64,000 bases of DNA from Balanoglossus misakiensis. Lineage: Eukaryota > Animalia > Hemichordata. Of this stretch, positions 51,456 to 64,000 are shown piece by piece. The translations under genes and the position numbers were made by a program. The stretch is taken from positions 5,008,509 to 5,072,508 of the forward strand of contig CM082586.2 of NCBI GenBank assembly GCA_040954595.2, read 5' to 3'. Positions within the stretch are counted from its first letter, which is position 1, and every line of letters starts with the position of its first letter. Below the pieces are notes generated by a model. That model was given only the letters and a program-made list of their open reading frames with translations, had not been told where the DNA came from and searched no databases.

Positions 51456-54400
51456 CTGATAAATGAGAAAGAGAAAAAAATATAAATTGTTAGTTGATAC
51501 AGGGTGACGACTTTGCTTTCTTGATCGTCGAAAGTTCCTCCAACGATCGCTTATTTCGACATAAACCACTTTCATGATGCCGACCCATTTACCCCAACTT
51601 GATTTTCTCATCTAATTAAGACCGCGATGAATTTATTCCGAAAACATCGACACAACGCTAATTGCCCGCGTCTCCCCGGGTCTCTATACTGAGAACAACC
51701 GCCCTTTTTGAAGAACAGAGCCGGTGCGTGCGTCGAGCCAGCCCTTGTTAGATACACCTAAACTAAATCATATGGGTTTATTGTCCTCGAAAAATGCCGC
51801 AACATTCTACAAAACTTACATACAAACCGGTAAGGTATTTATCGAATTCTTCTGAAACGATAACAACAATGGTTTGTTTACTTTGCGAATAAAAGATAAA
51901 TGGGACCCGGTCGTTATTCTTAGAGCTCTCGGCATTCGAAACCGCTTTCACCCCCTAAATAAGTACAAGCGGTCTCTCGAGACAAAAACCATGAACGTTT
52001 CCATTTCAACATCGCATTTCGGAGTTTAAAGCGACGACGAATATCGGTCGCTCGAGAAAACACCTGTGTGGTGTCGCCGAGCGCCAATCGAACCATTATC
52101 GTGTCTGTTAACCATTGCTAAACAAACACGGAGTTGTATGGATCTGGAGAGGGCTCCTCCAATCTTTATCGACTGTGGGAAAAAAGTGCTTGTTGGAAAT
52201 CCTCCCAGGAATGTGGGCCTAACGAGAATAAAGACAGTTGGGCCCCGAAGTTTTGACGCAAAATTTTAATCCGTCGCGAGTTTTGGCCAGCGAAGGAACA
52301 ACAGCCTACACACTTTTGTTCGCGTCGTGACTTTCTCGACAGAAATAACACGTTGTCAAAAAAAGATTGATTCACGGTTTATTTTGAATCACGCACTTCG
52401 CCGTTCTGTCAAGCTGCCTTCCGTTAGATTTGTGTGCTATTTTAAGATTTGAGGGACTGGGGTGAGTGTGGGTGGGAGTGGCTGATCTATCTATATCTTT
52501 ATAGCCGTCTGATGGGGCAAGTTTGTTCACGTCTATTGCCATCGCTCGCCTGATGGAGTGTAACAATACGTGTTAGTCCACGTGTTATAGTCCGCGGTCG
52601 TAAAACGAGGTTAAAAGATTACTAGTTCGTTCATGTCAGTGAGCGAATATTCATATTTACGAGACATCACCGCAACTTGATCGCAAATCACCTCGCGAAC
52701 GGTTACGGGGCATGAATCATTCGAACTAAACCGATGCATTTTAATTTACTGTAAAAAATTGCAAAAATATGAAATTTATGACTTGTTCAGGCGTCCTTTA
52801 GGAAACAGGGGATTGGAATAGCGAGCTATTCTGTTTGAGCCTGCTTATTCAAAATACCTTTATTGTTCGGAATTTCTTTGATGGGAGGCTTCTGTGAATT
52901 ATATTCGCCCGAGAGAAAGAAAACCCTCAGAACATACAAGAATAGCAGGTTAAAAACACTCACTTTCAAAGTGAAACACATTCGCTCTGGGCGAGCGATG
53001 GCGAAAGTGTGTTTATTTTTTGTCGCCGTTTTTTGTATAATTTGTTTGTGGGCGAGCGTGTGCTTTGTTGTAATCGTAAGGGATCCTTTTGTATGAATGA
53101 GTAAGATCACTATCGGGGGTATTTTACATACGAGGCCACTCGTTTGGTTCCCCTTGTTTTATTGATTTCTTCGCCCGGGGCAGTGCCGTCCCTTCCTCGC
53201 TAGCGCTATCTCCCTTGTCGGGGCTTGCCCTTTGAACTGGTACCGCGGCGCCGGTTTTTAGTTAACGGAGTTCAGTCTCGTAGAAACTGTGTCATCGTTT
53301 TCGGTGGGGTGGCGGGGGGGGGATAAAATCGCTGCTGTCGCGAGCGAGTTGGTGTTTCAAAAGAGAAAGGGATACGGGAATATTTGATGCCGCGGCGAGA
53401 GGTATTGAAACGTGCGCTTTATCAGACGAAAGTCGTGACACCGATCACTCCGCCGAAAGAACGACGTGGGGGGCCCGGGAATAAGCGGTCTTGCCGGGCG
53501 GAAAAAATATATTATTTGCGTTTGTTATCTCCCTTCATCTATTATAGCGACTCACAACGGCTCTTGGAAAGAAAAACCGTATCCTTCAGAACCGGCTTCC
53601 TCAACGGTTGCGCTTCGAGAGGGTTTATCGGGAGTTCCTCTTCTTGAAAAGGAAACACGGTTTTTTGTTCATTTTTCAAGCCGTGATTAAAGATTCATAG
53701 TTTTCGAGAGATACGCTACTTCCCCGATTGCCATATACCTTATATCAACATTTAGCCTTTGAAACTTCACATCAATTTTGGATAAGGATTTTCAGCCTTG
53801 AGTGCAAGAACGCTGCCTTTGACGATCTCCCGACTTTTATTCCATCCCCCAGAAAGACTTTTCTCCCACCGCTGAATGTACACCCGTTTCGACTCTATAT
53901 AAAATTCAGAATCGAAGGAATTTCACACTCTGGGGCGATGTGAAAAGCTGACTGACGAACCATTCAACGCGGCGGTACCCAACTTAGTGCCTGTACTTTG
54001 ATCGCCCCTCGAAAAAAAATGTTGTTTCTTCGCCTCGCTTTGTGTGCGTCGTTTCCCGGGAGCTAGGTGCTATGCTCCGTGTTAGGAAAGTCATTCCAAA
54101 TTCCCTTTTTCGCGCCGCCGACACGACAAATATTGGTGTATGGGATCGCTCCTGAACGTGCTGTGTTTCAAATTAGCTCACCATATACACGACAAGTCTT
54201 TAAGCTCTGGACTTCATGCCCCCCCCCCTTCCCCCCTCCCCCCCCGTCGCGTCTGGTTGTTTCTTTCTTCGGATTTCGGTCTTTTCCGCTAGACCAAGTC
54301 CAAATATTGATGTAGAGCCCACTTGTGCAACTGCGTGTTGTTGCACCTTCGCAATGCCATTCAGAAGGAGTTGTTTATTTTCCACAGTTCGGATCCTATT

Positions 54401-57400
54401 GGTTTGCGGGAGGCAAATAACTCGCGAGCCTGAGCATCTTTATCCCCCAAACCAAGTCCTGTCCTGTTTGTTGGAACTGGAGGCAGATCCGCATATTAAG
54501 ACAATTCGAGTGTTTGTCCAGCGCGAAAGAATACTCGAAATTGTTGCGCGCTTTTCTGTATACAGGGACTACATCAACAAAGAGCGATTGAAAGTTTTTA
54601 CAGGTGTCAGCTATGTGTGCGCGGCTATTTCGTTTGGAGATGCGCAAGTTTCTGAAAGTATTGAGATTACCGCTTTGTTCTATCGCTCTTCTCGGCAATG
54701 ATTGGGGCATTTTCGTCTCGAAGACAGAAAAATGAATTTGTCTGTTTCACTAAATACAAATTAATGTTCCCTTGTATTAGTTTAAGATTTTTTTTATATC
54801 GTTTTGTTCGGCCGTATAGCCACTTAAAACAGCGCGATGTTCTGGAAAACCTTTTACTCCACTTTTAACATGATTCAAACCGCGGACAGATAACCCTGCA
54901 TCGGCGGACAACTTCCGTCTGGAAGTGATGTGCTTCGCATAGACCTGTCTGTGGCAGAGTCAATACCAACGAGGGGTGGAGTCTAAAATTAGATACCATT
55001 TCTCTTCTCACACGGTACGACCGGTGAAAAACACACAACAATGAACGATATGTTTTTCAGTTCTGTCCATTGTGCAGAGTTGACCTTTTTTTAGTTCCAA
55101 CTCTCGCTAGACAAGCGAACCGTCGCAACAAAAGCGAGCGAGCATCTATAGACTGTGGATTTTAAAAATACATTTCAACTATATAGAAGTAAGGCCTACT
55201 GCATATTGCATCGGGTGTGTATAAATTACTAACGAGGACGCTCTTCTGTACATGAATGTATTTTTCAATAAATATGGGTTTAATTAATTACGGCGGAGGT
55301 TCTGTGTGAGTTTTTACACGACACAGAAAACTGTCGTGGATGAAAACGACGCCTACGTACAAAGGCGGGTTATAAACACTCGCGTTCAATTCATCCGTGT
55401 AGAAATTCGCGCTTTAAGCCATTTGCCGTTCTGAAAGAAGAACGTTTGATGAAGATGGAAATAGCACAGACATGTTTTGTGCGGACATATATCATAAACT
55501 CGCAACACTGTTATCGTGCTGGGGAGGATGGGGGGGGGGGGCGGATCAGGAGGGTCGATGTACTCCGCAGACGACTTTCTCCTGCGTTTATTTCGCCTTG
55601 AAATATTAACAGCCTGCAATCGCCCAGTTTTCGGTTGCAGTCGCCCGGTTTCCGGAAAGCAAATGTCACTCCGCTGTACTATAAACGGCAAGTTGCTATC
55701 TGGCGCAGACAAGGGTGCCTTGCGGCGCAGATGATTGTAGCGGACAAAGTTTATCAAGTTTGGAAACAACTGTTAGATATGAACAACCTATGTGCATGAA
55801 TAAATACACATTTTTTTTAAAAAGGGGCCACCCCTTGCGTTTAAGCTAACGCGTGCGCTGAAATCAACGCAACCGAGGACAGAAATCCAAACCAACAAAC
55901 AACGTCTGGAGCGCAATTATTGCAATGAAATAAACAGAAGATGCATTTGTACAATAAACTAGCGTCTGTAGTGTCTTCATTGATGTCTTACATTCGTTTA
56001 ATTTCAGCGAGAAATGCCGTCCTATTGCTGGGCAAGTATGCGTGTCTTCAACAGAAGTGTTCTTTTCCACTCTGCCAAGCCCTGGCTATGGTGTAATACT
56101 TTTTTTCTCAACTAGTCAATTATACCTCCTTTATGCGACGACTGGAACTCGATAAAGGAGCCAATTTGTACAGTATTTGCCGAGTGATGGATGGAAGTCG
56201 GTAGAGCGGAAAAACGATTAAAAGATTACGACTTCCAGACATGTTTCGACCTGAGCAGCAGTAGCAGAAAAAAAAAATCAGTGGCTGGTTTATTTTCGGG
56301 AGATGAACGGCATTGCACAATAAAGACAATTGTTCCAGTGGAAAACGGCGCGGGCTTTGTTAGGGGCGAGTTTTGTGTTTTGTTAACGAATCTTGGAAAT
56401 GGGAGAGCGAGGATGAGTTAGAGCGAGAGAGAGAGGGAGAGGGGGAGGGAGAGGGGGAGGGGGAGGGTCGAAAAGTGGCCAAATACGATACATTGAAATT
56501 TCGGAGTTCTAAAAATACTCAGGCGACTATCGCGCGTTTTTTTCCCTTTCTGCTCAATCGGGGGGAAATAATTCATCTTCTCGGTGCATATACACCTGAA
56601 GAGGAGAGAGAGAAAAAAAAAACGAATCTATGTTATCAGCAAAACGAACTGATAATACAGCTTCACCAGAAGTCATAGCGGTATCTGGTTACGGACGACA
56701 CAGAGAGAAAAAAAAAACATATGAAAAATCATATTTTCCTCTTGTTGAATCGGTAAGGGGACGCTGAGGAGAACGGCGCAGATAACCCGCGTGTGTGATA
56801 ACACAGTCGACCAATAGTTACAGCGCTCTTGGCGGTTGTGTTATCACCGCGCGCCGAAATAGACACCGGCATAGAGAGCCGGGCTCGGCGCTGAGCGGCG
56901 AGCCAGATTAGCATAATTTACATATCGGCGATAACAATGCTTCCGTATTGTGGCGTAGCTCTGGGCGATCCCCGGGGTTTTGCGGAGACATACAGAAATC
57001 GCTGAAAAGTAACACGACAAGAAAAACACGGAGATCAAAGGGGGAATGCAACTTCTGCTTTTTCTAATTAAACCGATCCCAAGGTTTCGTGATCTCCTGA
57101 AAACGACCGGAGCTAAATAAACACCACGTTAAATTACTTACTAACGGTCCCGGCAATGTCCAAAGCAATGCTGGCTAATAGTTTGTTTCGTTGGCGTATT
57201 AGCGATTGTGTAAGCGACCGCGACGAGGAGAAAAAAGATAACAAGGCGGAAAATGTCAAGACTGTTTTGGGATTCCTGTCAATTATCCAGGATTTTGCGG
57301 ATGGGGTGGTAATGAAATGCTCCTGCTATCGAGAGGGGAAGGGGAAAGATATCTGAAGAGGGTTTCGAAAACTGGATTAGCAAACCGCAGGTGATATTTC

Positions 57401-60400
57401 ATGCCAGTGGCACACCAACGCCCATCTCTCTGCGACGAATTCCTTGTCGGAATGTAAAAGCAGGAAAATTTTGGTTAAAGGTTTAAAACGGGACGGAAAA
57501 TCTGGAGGAGTGGGGAGGGGGGCTTATTTCATTGGCACTGGCAGCTATGGTGAATGCTAGGTACAAGTCACCTCATTTCAAGCACCCTGATACGAACACT
57601 GATTCGGATAATCTGAATATAAGCATGTATAAATGAAATATAGAAATATTAAATTGTATTTCTTTTAAAATTTCTGATAGTCCCACCGAGCCCGACATTG
57701 TTTTGCATCGATGGACGAGTTACCCTAATTTACAGACAAAACGCCCTCTACGACCAGCTTGATACACGTTACAAGTATGGAAACTATGTTTGTTTTGTTC
57801 AAAGAACTAGTTCAGGCAACGATACACAATCAAACAGTTTTCAATTTCTCGCTTTTCAAAATGACATAATAATACACGGCCGTTTTAGTTCCATTGGCGG
57901 ATTATCGCGTGTGTAGATACTTGAGATAAGCAGAGATTTCACTTTGAACTGGACTGAAAGCGCTACCTTCTAGACTATGCATACCATAATGAGCATTGGT
58001 GGATTTCTAAGCACCGTTACGCCGTACTCTAAACCCCCTCCGATCATGTTTTCACGGGCGTTGGTCCAAATGCCCACCGGCGAAGAAGCGCATAATGTTC
58101 CTCAGTCCAAGCCGCCCCTGCATTTTATGTAACAACGCTCTTTCGGTCTCGAAACAAAAAATCGGAGATCAAACAACAACAAAATCTGGGGCTAAAGCCG
58201 GCGGTCTCATTGCCTGCAAGCCTATTTAGCAACTCGTAATTATCGTGTCGCTTGGCTGAGTGTTTGAAGAGGCTCGTACAAGCCCCTCCACTTCCCAGCA
58301 TCGAGGAGAGACGAGAAAAAAAGACCAGAACAGGAGAAAAGACAGAAAAAGCCCGATAAACAAACATACCGCTGAAAACTCGAGTACTGAACACTGCCAA
58401 ATTACAACTTAATAAAGTGGGCGCAGCCGTTTGTAACCCCACTTGTTCAGACCACCGTTTCCTTTTTTTTCTGCCTGCCCTGAACAGTAACTCTAACAAT
58501 ATACTACACCATCAATGCCGTGCGCAGTCACAGAAATCACACCACTTAAACGATCGCAATTGATCTCCGCTACCCCTCACAATAACCCGGTCGCCCTATG
58601 CACGGAAACGCCTTTCACCGTCGAATTTATAAACAATTCCGAACAAAAAGGAAACAGCCCAGCAGTCGACGCCGACTTTCTTTACTGAACTCTTATTCAC
58701 AGGATCCCTATCACAAAGTTATCGATTCCCCGCCTGTTTAGCTAAAAGCACTAAAAATTCAAACTATAAATTTCTATCCTTGCTATTTCTAGAATAAACA
58801 CTGACTAATTATAGATAACTACGTACAAAATAGAACGACATTTAGAAGGCCTTTCAAAAACCGTTCGGGTGAAGTTTCTTTTGACAAAGATTGGTAGTTT
58901 TTAAGGAAAGGCGGATACTAATCTTTAAAGGTCGGTTCGGGGGTGTTCGGTTCAAAATGGTTGGGGAAAATGGGGTTGTCTTGCGCACGTACACGTAGCT
59001 TCATTTCCACAGTTATTATCAAATCCGAAAACGAATCCGATTACAAATTTTGAATTTACAAAATTTGGCGCATATTAGAGTTTTGAAATATCTAGGGGTC
59101 AGTTTTTAACTCTTCGATTCCACTAGGTAAGGTCTGTGGAAAGTATACCGCATTCTGCGGGTGGGTGCGGAAGTTATTGAAAACGCGGGCATGCTATACT
59201 TTCACTAATCCATATTAAAATTATAAAAGACATTAAGATACCAGTTATATTCGTGGTGAGATTAAAACCAGTTCAAACTGTGTGAGAACAGGTTGTGATT
59301 TTCGGGGGCCGTGCTGCCTGAAATTCAAGTCATTCTAGTGCTGTTCTGTTCAGTGAAACATGGGCACGCAACCACCTGTTGCTACGCACAACGGCCTAAC
59401 TCATGTTCTCTGACATTACACGCGAATTTTCCCATCTCTTATTTTTTGGTCAATTCCAAAATTTGCAGTACTTACGCGTTATTCCCATATTCATAGTGTG
59501 GGTTAATCTGTGACAACCTTTGAATGGACAGGTCTTATTTAGCAGAACAAAATAATTTTTCAGAGCGACCGCCGGCAGACAAAACGCAGACATCACTGTT
59601 GCATTGGAAAGTTTCAATTTAATTTCTATTGAGAGATTTTTGCCGTTAATTTCCGACGGAAAGTGGAAAATTTTAAACATTTTTTTTCGGCGTCAGAATC
59701 AACAATACCAAAACTAAATGACGTCGGAATATGGTAATTTGCGTCCATGCCTTCCAATTTCCGATTTGTTAAAAAGACATTTATTAATTTGCACTTAAGA
59801 AAAACAAACCTTGTTGTGACGTCAGATTAAACTATATCGTCTGATGCAATTTGATTCAACGATTGTCAGGTTGTTTCCTGGTCTGATTATCGTATTTGAA
59901 CGACAATTTTAGTTCAACATCGCCCGACGGAACATATGTTCAGCTTGTTGACACGGTCGGCTATAGAATCGATTACGCGCGCCGCGTCGGCCAGTGGCGA
60001 GCGCTCTCTGCAAACACGGGACGCAATTGAGTAAAAGTGTTTATTTTCTGATGGCGGTGGTGGCCATGATATCAACAAACAGAAGCCAAACAGGGTTAAA
60101 AAATCACGCGAAGGCCAGGTTAACACACCGCCAGTTACACATCCCGCAGGTGATCATTGAAACTCTCGACTTTCACATCATTGTCCCCGCCCTCCTTCGC
60201 CACATCAGAATGTCGGACAGCGCGGTGAGCCCTTTCACCACCGACTCAGTCAAAACACACCCCACTGCTGTTCCATTCACGGCGCGGCCGCTCAATAGCA
60301 TCCCAACAGTGATGTTTTTCGAAGACCAATGAGTAATTACAGCACTAGCCAAGCGAAATTAAATCAAAACAAACCCGTTTCCCCTTCCATTGTTTTACCC

Positions 60401-63400
60401 GCGGTGCATTCAAACCGCAACGCACATAGCCACCTATATCGCTTCTCGCAAGATCTCTGGCCAACTCTAAAATCCAACAAAGGCAGGTGAATCCGTATTA
60501 CCCGCGCCAATTACAGAATCCCCGTCTCACTTAATACATGCTTTGTACCTTTCAATTCCTCTGTACTGTTTTACCTGATCCCAGTAAATATAATTAGAAC
60601 AGGGGCAACTACCGCTTAACTCGCTCTCATCGTCGTTCGCATCCGCCGGCTAAAACGTCACCCGGGGACGAGCAAACACCGGCGGACCGGCAGCACGACG
60701 GCCGGGCAGAGGCGTTAACTTTCCCGTGGCAAAGAAGTCAAATATAAATAACAATGTCCGATATTCCCACCTTCTGTGTTTAAACACTGAAATTTGTTTG
60801 CTCGGTTTCTATTAACTTTATCACCCAGCTTTGGAAGCCGAGATGTCGCGAAAATTTGAAATTTCGTTCCAGGAGGAAGTCACGGCCATTTTGAAATTCT
60901 GGTGACAAAAGATCTAAAAAATTGCCGACTCATTTTATTTTGTCCTCCAGATCCCGGTGACGTTCTTGTGATGAATGAGAAAATGTCACGACTAGAATAT
61001 TTAGCTTCAATGTGCGAGGCTATACGGTTTCCGTTTGAAAAGTCACTGCGGACGAGGATGACGTGTGGGGGAGAAAGAAACGCGCCTCGATGAAAATGGA
61101 TTTTTAATCACAATTTACATTTTTCGAGAGCTTCTCACACCAAACATCTAATGCTCAGGAATGTGCGAAATCGATAAGCTAAATGAACACCGATCGGTTT
61201 TCAGTGAGACGATCTTTTAAATGTCCGTCACCTTAGCGTCACAACAACAAACTCGCGGAATCGATGTGAATCCACAACGCGAATGATCAACTGTTGCGCG
61301 CCGATTTGTTTATCAGGCGCGGACGCTCTCCAAGCCAGGTGCAAAGCGCGCGCGCCGGCGTGAGATATGCCTGTCCTCCCAAGAGCCCACTTCGCTCAAC
61401 AACCGCAGCTAGTAAAAGTTAAAAACTCATTTTTACGGCATCTTAATTAATGCTAATCAGCTTTGTGTCAGGACCCATGGGTTCAGCCACGTTTGTATGG
61501 GTCTTAATTTGCCAGTTATGGAAACAAAATGACTTCGAGTTGGTGGTATTAAAACGGCATTGAAAAAAAAAAAACCGCGCGTGGCGATCAGTAGGTACCT
61601 CGACAATACGCGCTCTCTATTTCTCCTGGCACCCAGATTTATCATTGCGCAGTTGTTAAAATGCATTAATTGATATTATTTGGGCGCGAATGTAATAGTG
61701 CCAGCAACATTGAACGAGCGGGATCTCCCCGCGACCTTGTCTTTCTCTGCAATTTACAGCACCGCATTAAAAAATAACGGCATGTGACAACGCAATACTT
61801 TTAATACCACGAACACGCTTTTGAAATTATCAGTGCCGTGCGCGTTGACGCAGTGCAGACGCGTCCCTTTTTGTGTGAAGCAGCAAGTTTTGACTAGTAA
61901 ACGCAATTTTGTTTGACGTAATCACTGCCCTTTACTATTCCCGACAGCTCTCTAGAATACCTATCACAATTTCGATGAACATTTGGCGATTGTGTACCGT
62001 TATTTTGAGTTTTCCTAGTTAAAAAATCTTGCTTTTCTAAATGTCATTATCTTCCCTAGCTTTTAACTTCCCCCGGGAATCAAATCACAGAAGCTGAACG
62101 GCATTGTGGGTAAAAAAGTCAACCACAAACCAGAGAGAGAGAGAGAGAGAAAGGGAGAAAGTCAGTAACGAGCTCTCCGAGGAGTTCATAACAGTATTAG
62201 TAATCTGTGAAAAGAAGTAGAGGATTACAAGACCCTCTTTATAGACAAGAAAGAATACACGCGAGCAACCGGCCAGAAACAATAGGGACAAACAAAACCC
62301 TCAATGGGTCGTCAGAAAAGAAAAAAACCCGCCGATCACTACTTTAAGACGCACCCCATGTTCTGAGACACTTCGCCACAATGATCTGACTCGAAGGCTG
62401 GATGGTCTATTGAGAGTCTTGAAGTACATCGCCCAAAGAACTGAGAGACCGTACGGGGCTTTTTTCTTGGCAGCGGGAATTGGCGGGATTTGCCAAACAA
62501 ACACCCAATTGCGGGCTTGGAAGAGAATCGAATTTTCCGCCCGCGTACTCTCCAACACACCGATTACGTGAGCGCACAAACCCCGGACAAAGAGCCCTCT
62601 GAAACGGCGAATAATGCCCATCCAGGCATAGTCCGAAATCTCTCAGGCCTCCCTTTCAAATCTGAGTTAATTACGGTGCTAGAAGGATTTGCTTTAAAAT
62701 AAACGAAGGTCGTTGCGGAGGAGGTGCTCGCTGACTGAAAGTAACGCACTTGTGTGTAAATCTGGTTTTCAGCCTGTCCATCATTTTGTTCCGCCCTGTA
62801 ATTCTAAAACATGCGTCCAGCGCACTCTACAGGGCTGCAAAAACAGTCCACTACTTTATTTCAGAACATCGGATCAAGGGGAAAAAGGACATGTCTCATC
62901 CAGTTTGATTCTTGCCAACTTTCGCCTGTTCATGTTTTATACACTGCCACGTTTGGCTTTTGAACTTTGAACAAATACTGCAGAGATACGCTTATATTCA
63001 CAGAAACATATTCTATTTTTATTAAACAAAGTTGGCAATATTTTGTGGGTATTTTAATAACGGTTAAGAACTAAATAGATGGAAATTAATATCTTTGGCG
63101 ATGAATTATTGTCTCGACGTAACGCGCGGCTTTTTTCTGTCGCACACTATCCTCGCGCATGTCCGCAAAAGACACCCGCTATGTTCGTCACAAAGAAAGC
63201 GACGACTTGGTTAAAGGTGTGAACATTCATGTATCTACCACCTAGGAACACGATAGACGGCTGATGATTGGCTTTTTGTTGCACGGGGCAGGTGACAGTC
63301 AAGTTGATGAAGAAACGACTCGATTAGCTGAAGGAGCCGAACGCGATAACGAGATCTCTAACGATACCCCCTTTTGTGACGGCAATAATGTGATTTGAAG

Positions 63401-64000
63401 GTGTGCGTCTGAGAGTGGAAGCGTTTGCTTAGGAGGAGGGGGGGAGGCCGTTAACGGTTGCTACTGGCTGGGGACAATACTTGAGACAGGTGACGGAGAG
63501 GGCTAGCGCATGTGTGGGGCAGATGGAGACAGATACCGAGAGGCACAGGCAGACACACGCCTAGACAGATAAATAGCCAAAAAGGGTACCGTGCCGTGCA
63601 CGTTGAAATGCAAGAAACAGAAAAAGCGTGTACGGGCAAGCATACACTGACCAAATACAAACCAATCAGGCAGAGATAATAATGAACAGACACAAACTGC
63701 AGAAAACAGACAGACAAACTAACAAGCAGACAGATAGAGAGACGACTATTTATCCTCGCTTGTCAGAAATATTTCAAGTATTATAGCAATTTAAATATGA
63801 CTCGTCAGAGACTTCAAAATTCCTTTTTAAAGAAAAGGAAAGAACACTTTTTTTCTGAGAAGCGACTTTGCCCTCGCATTGAAACTTTTACTGTGCTTCG
63901 ACTTTTTGTGAGGTGATCAGCGACCGTCAGTACCGTTGGATTATTTATGGTGCGGTCTTATTTTTTAAAGACAGCGGTCACTAAGTTGCCGTGCGATATG

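Noticed and set aside
54180-54385. Possible PRDM14 upstream exon ending ..CRVY G|gtgag
   Set aside because: Phase is compatible, but there is no similarity to the conserved EEDLxxVLYG region and the frame runs through a G-run

Overview
Intron-rich animal genomic DNA, probably an invertebrate deuterostome (inferred from protein similarity, not proven). The ORF track is mostly noise, so genes were rebuilt by reading splice sites by eye. Order: 5' end of a probable NCOA/p160 coactivator gene (-, runs off the left edge); TRAM1 (+); two head-to-head SLCO/OATP paralogs; an uncharacterised coiled-coil gene (-) carrying a U12 AT-AC intron; VPS11 (+), head-to-head with it; and PRDM14 (-), whose 5' exon(s) appear to lie beyond a >12 kb CpG-rich non-coding stretch. 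Highlights: VPS11 ends in a ~200-aa Pro-rich tail with six acidic NPF motifs (EH-domain ligands); the NCOA/TRAM1/SLCO/PRDM14 linkage matches human 8q13; PRDM14 has a 7th zinc finger exon behind an intronic in-frame stop; one OATP has substitutions at signature residues; and a Tx1-type LINE sits in a microsatellite. Several MITEs are present. Exon boundaries may be off by a few bases.
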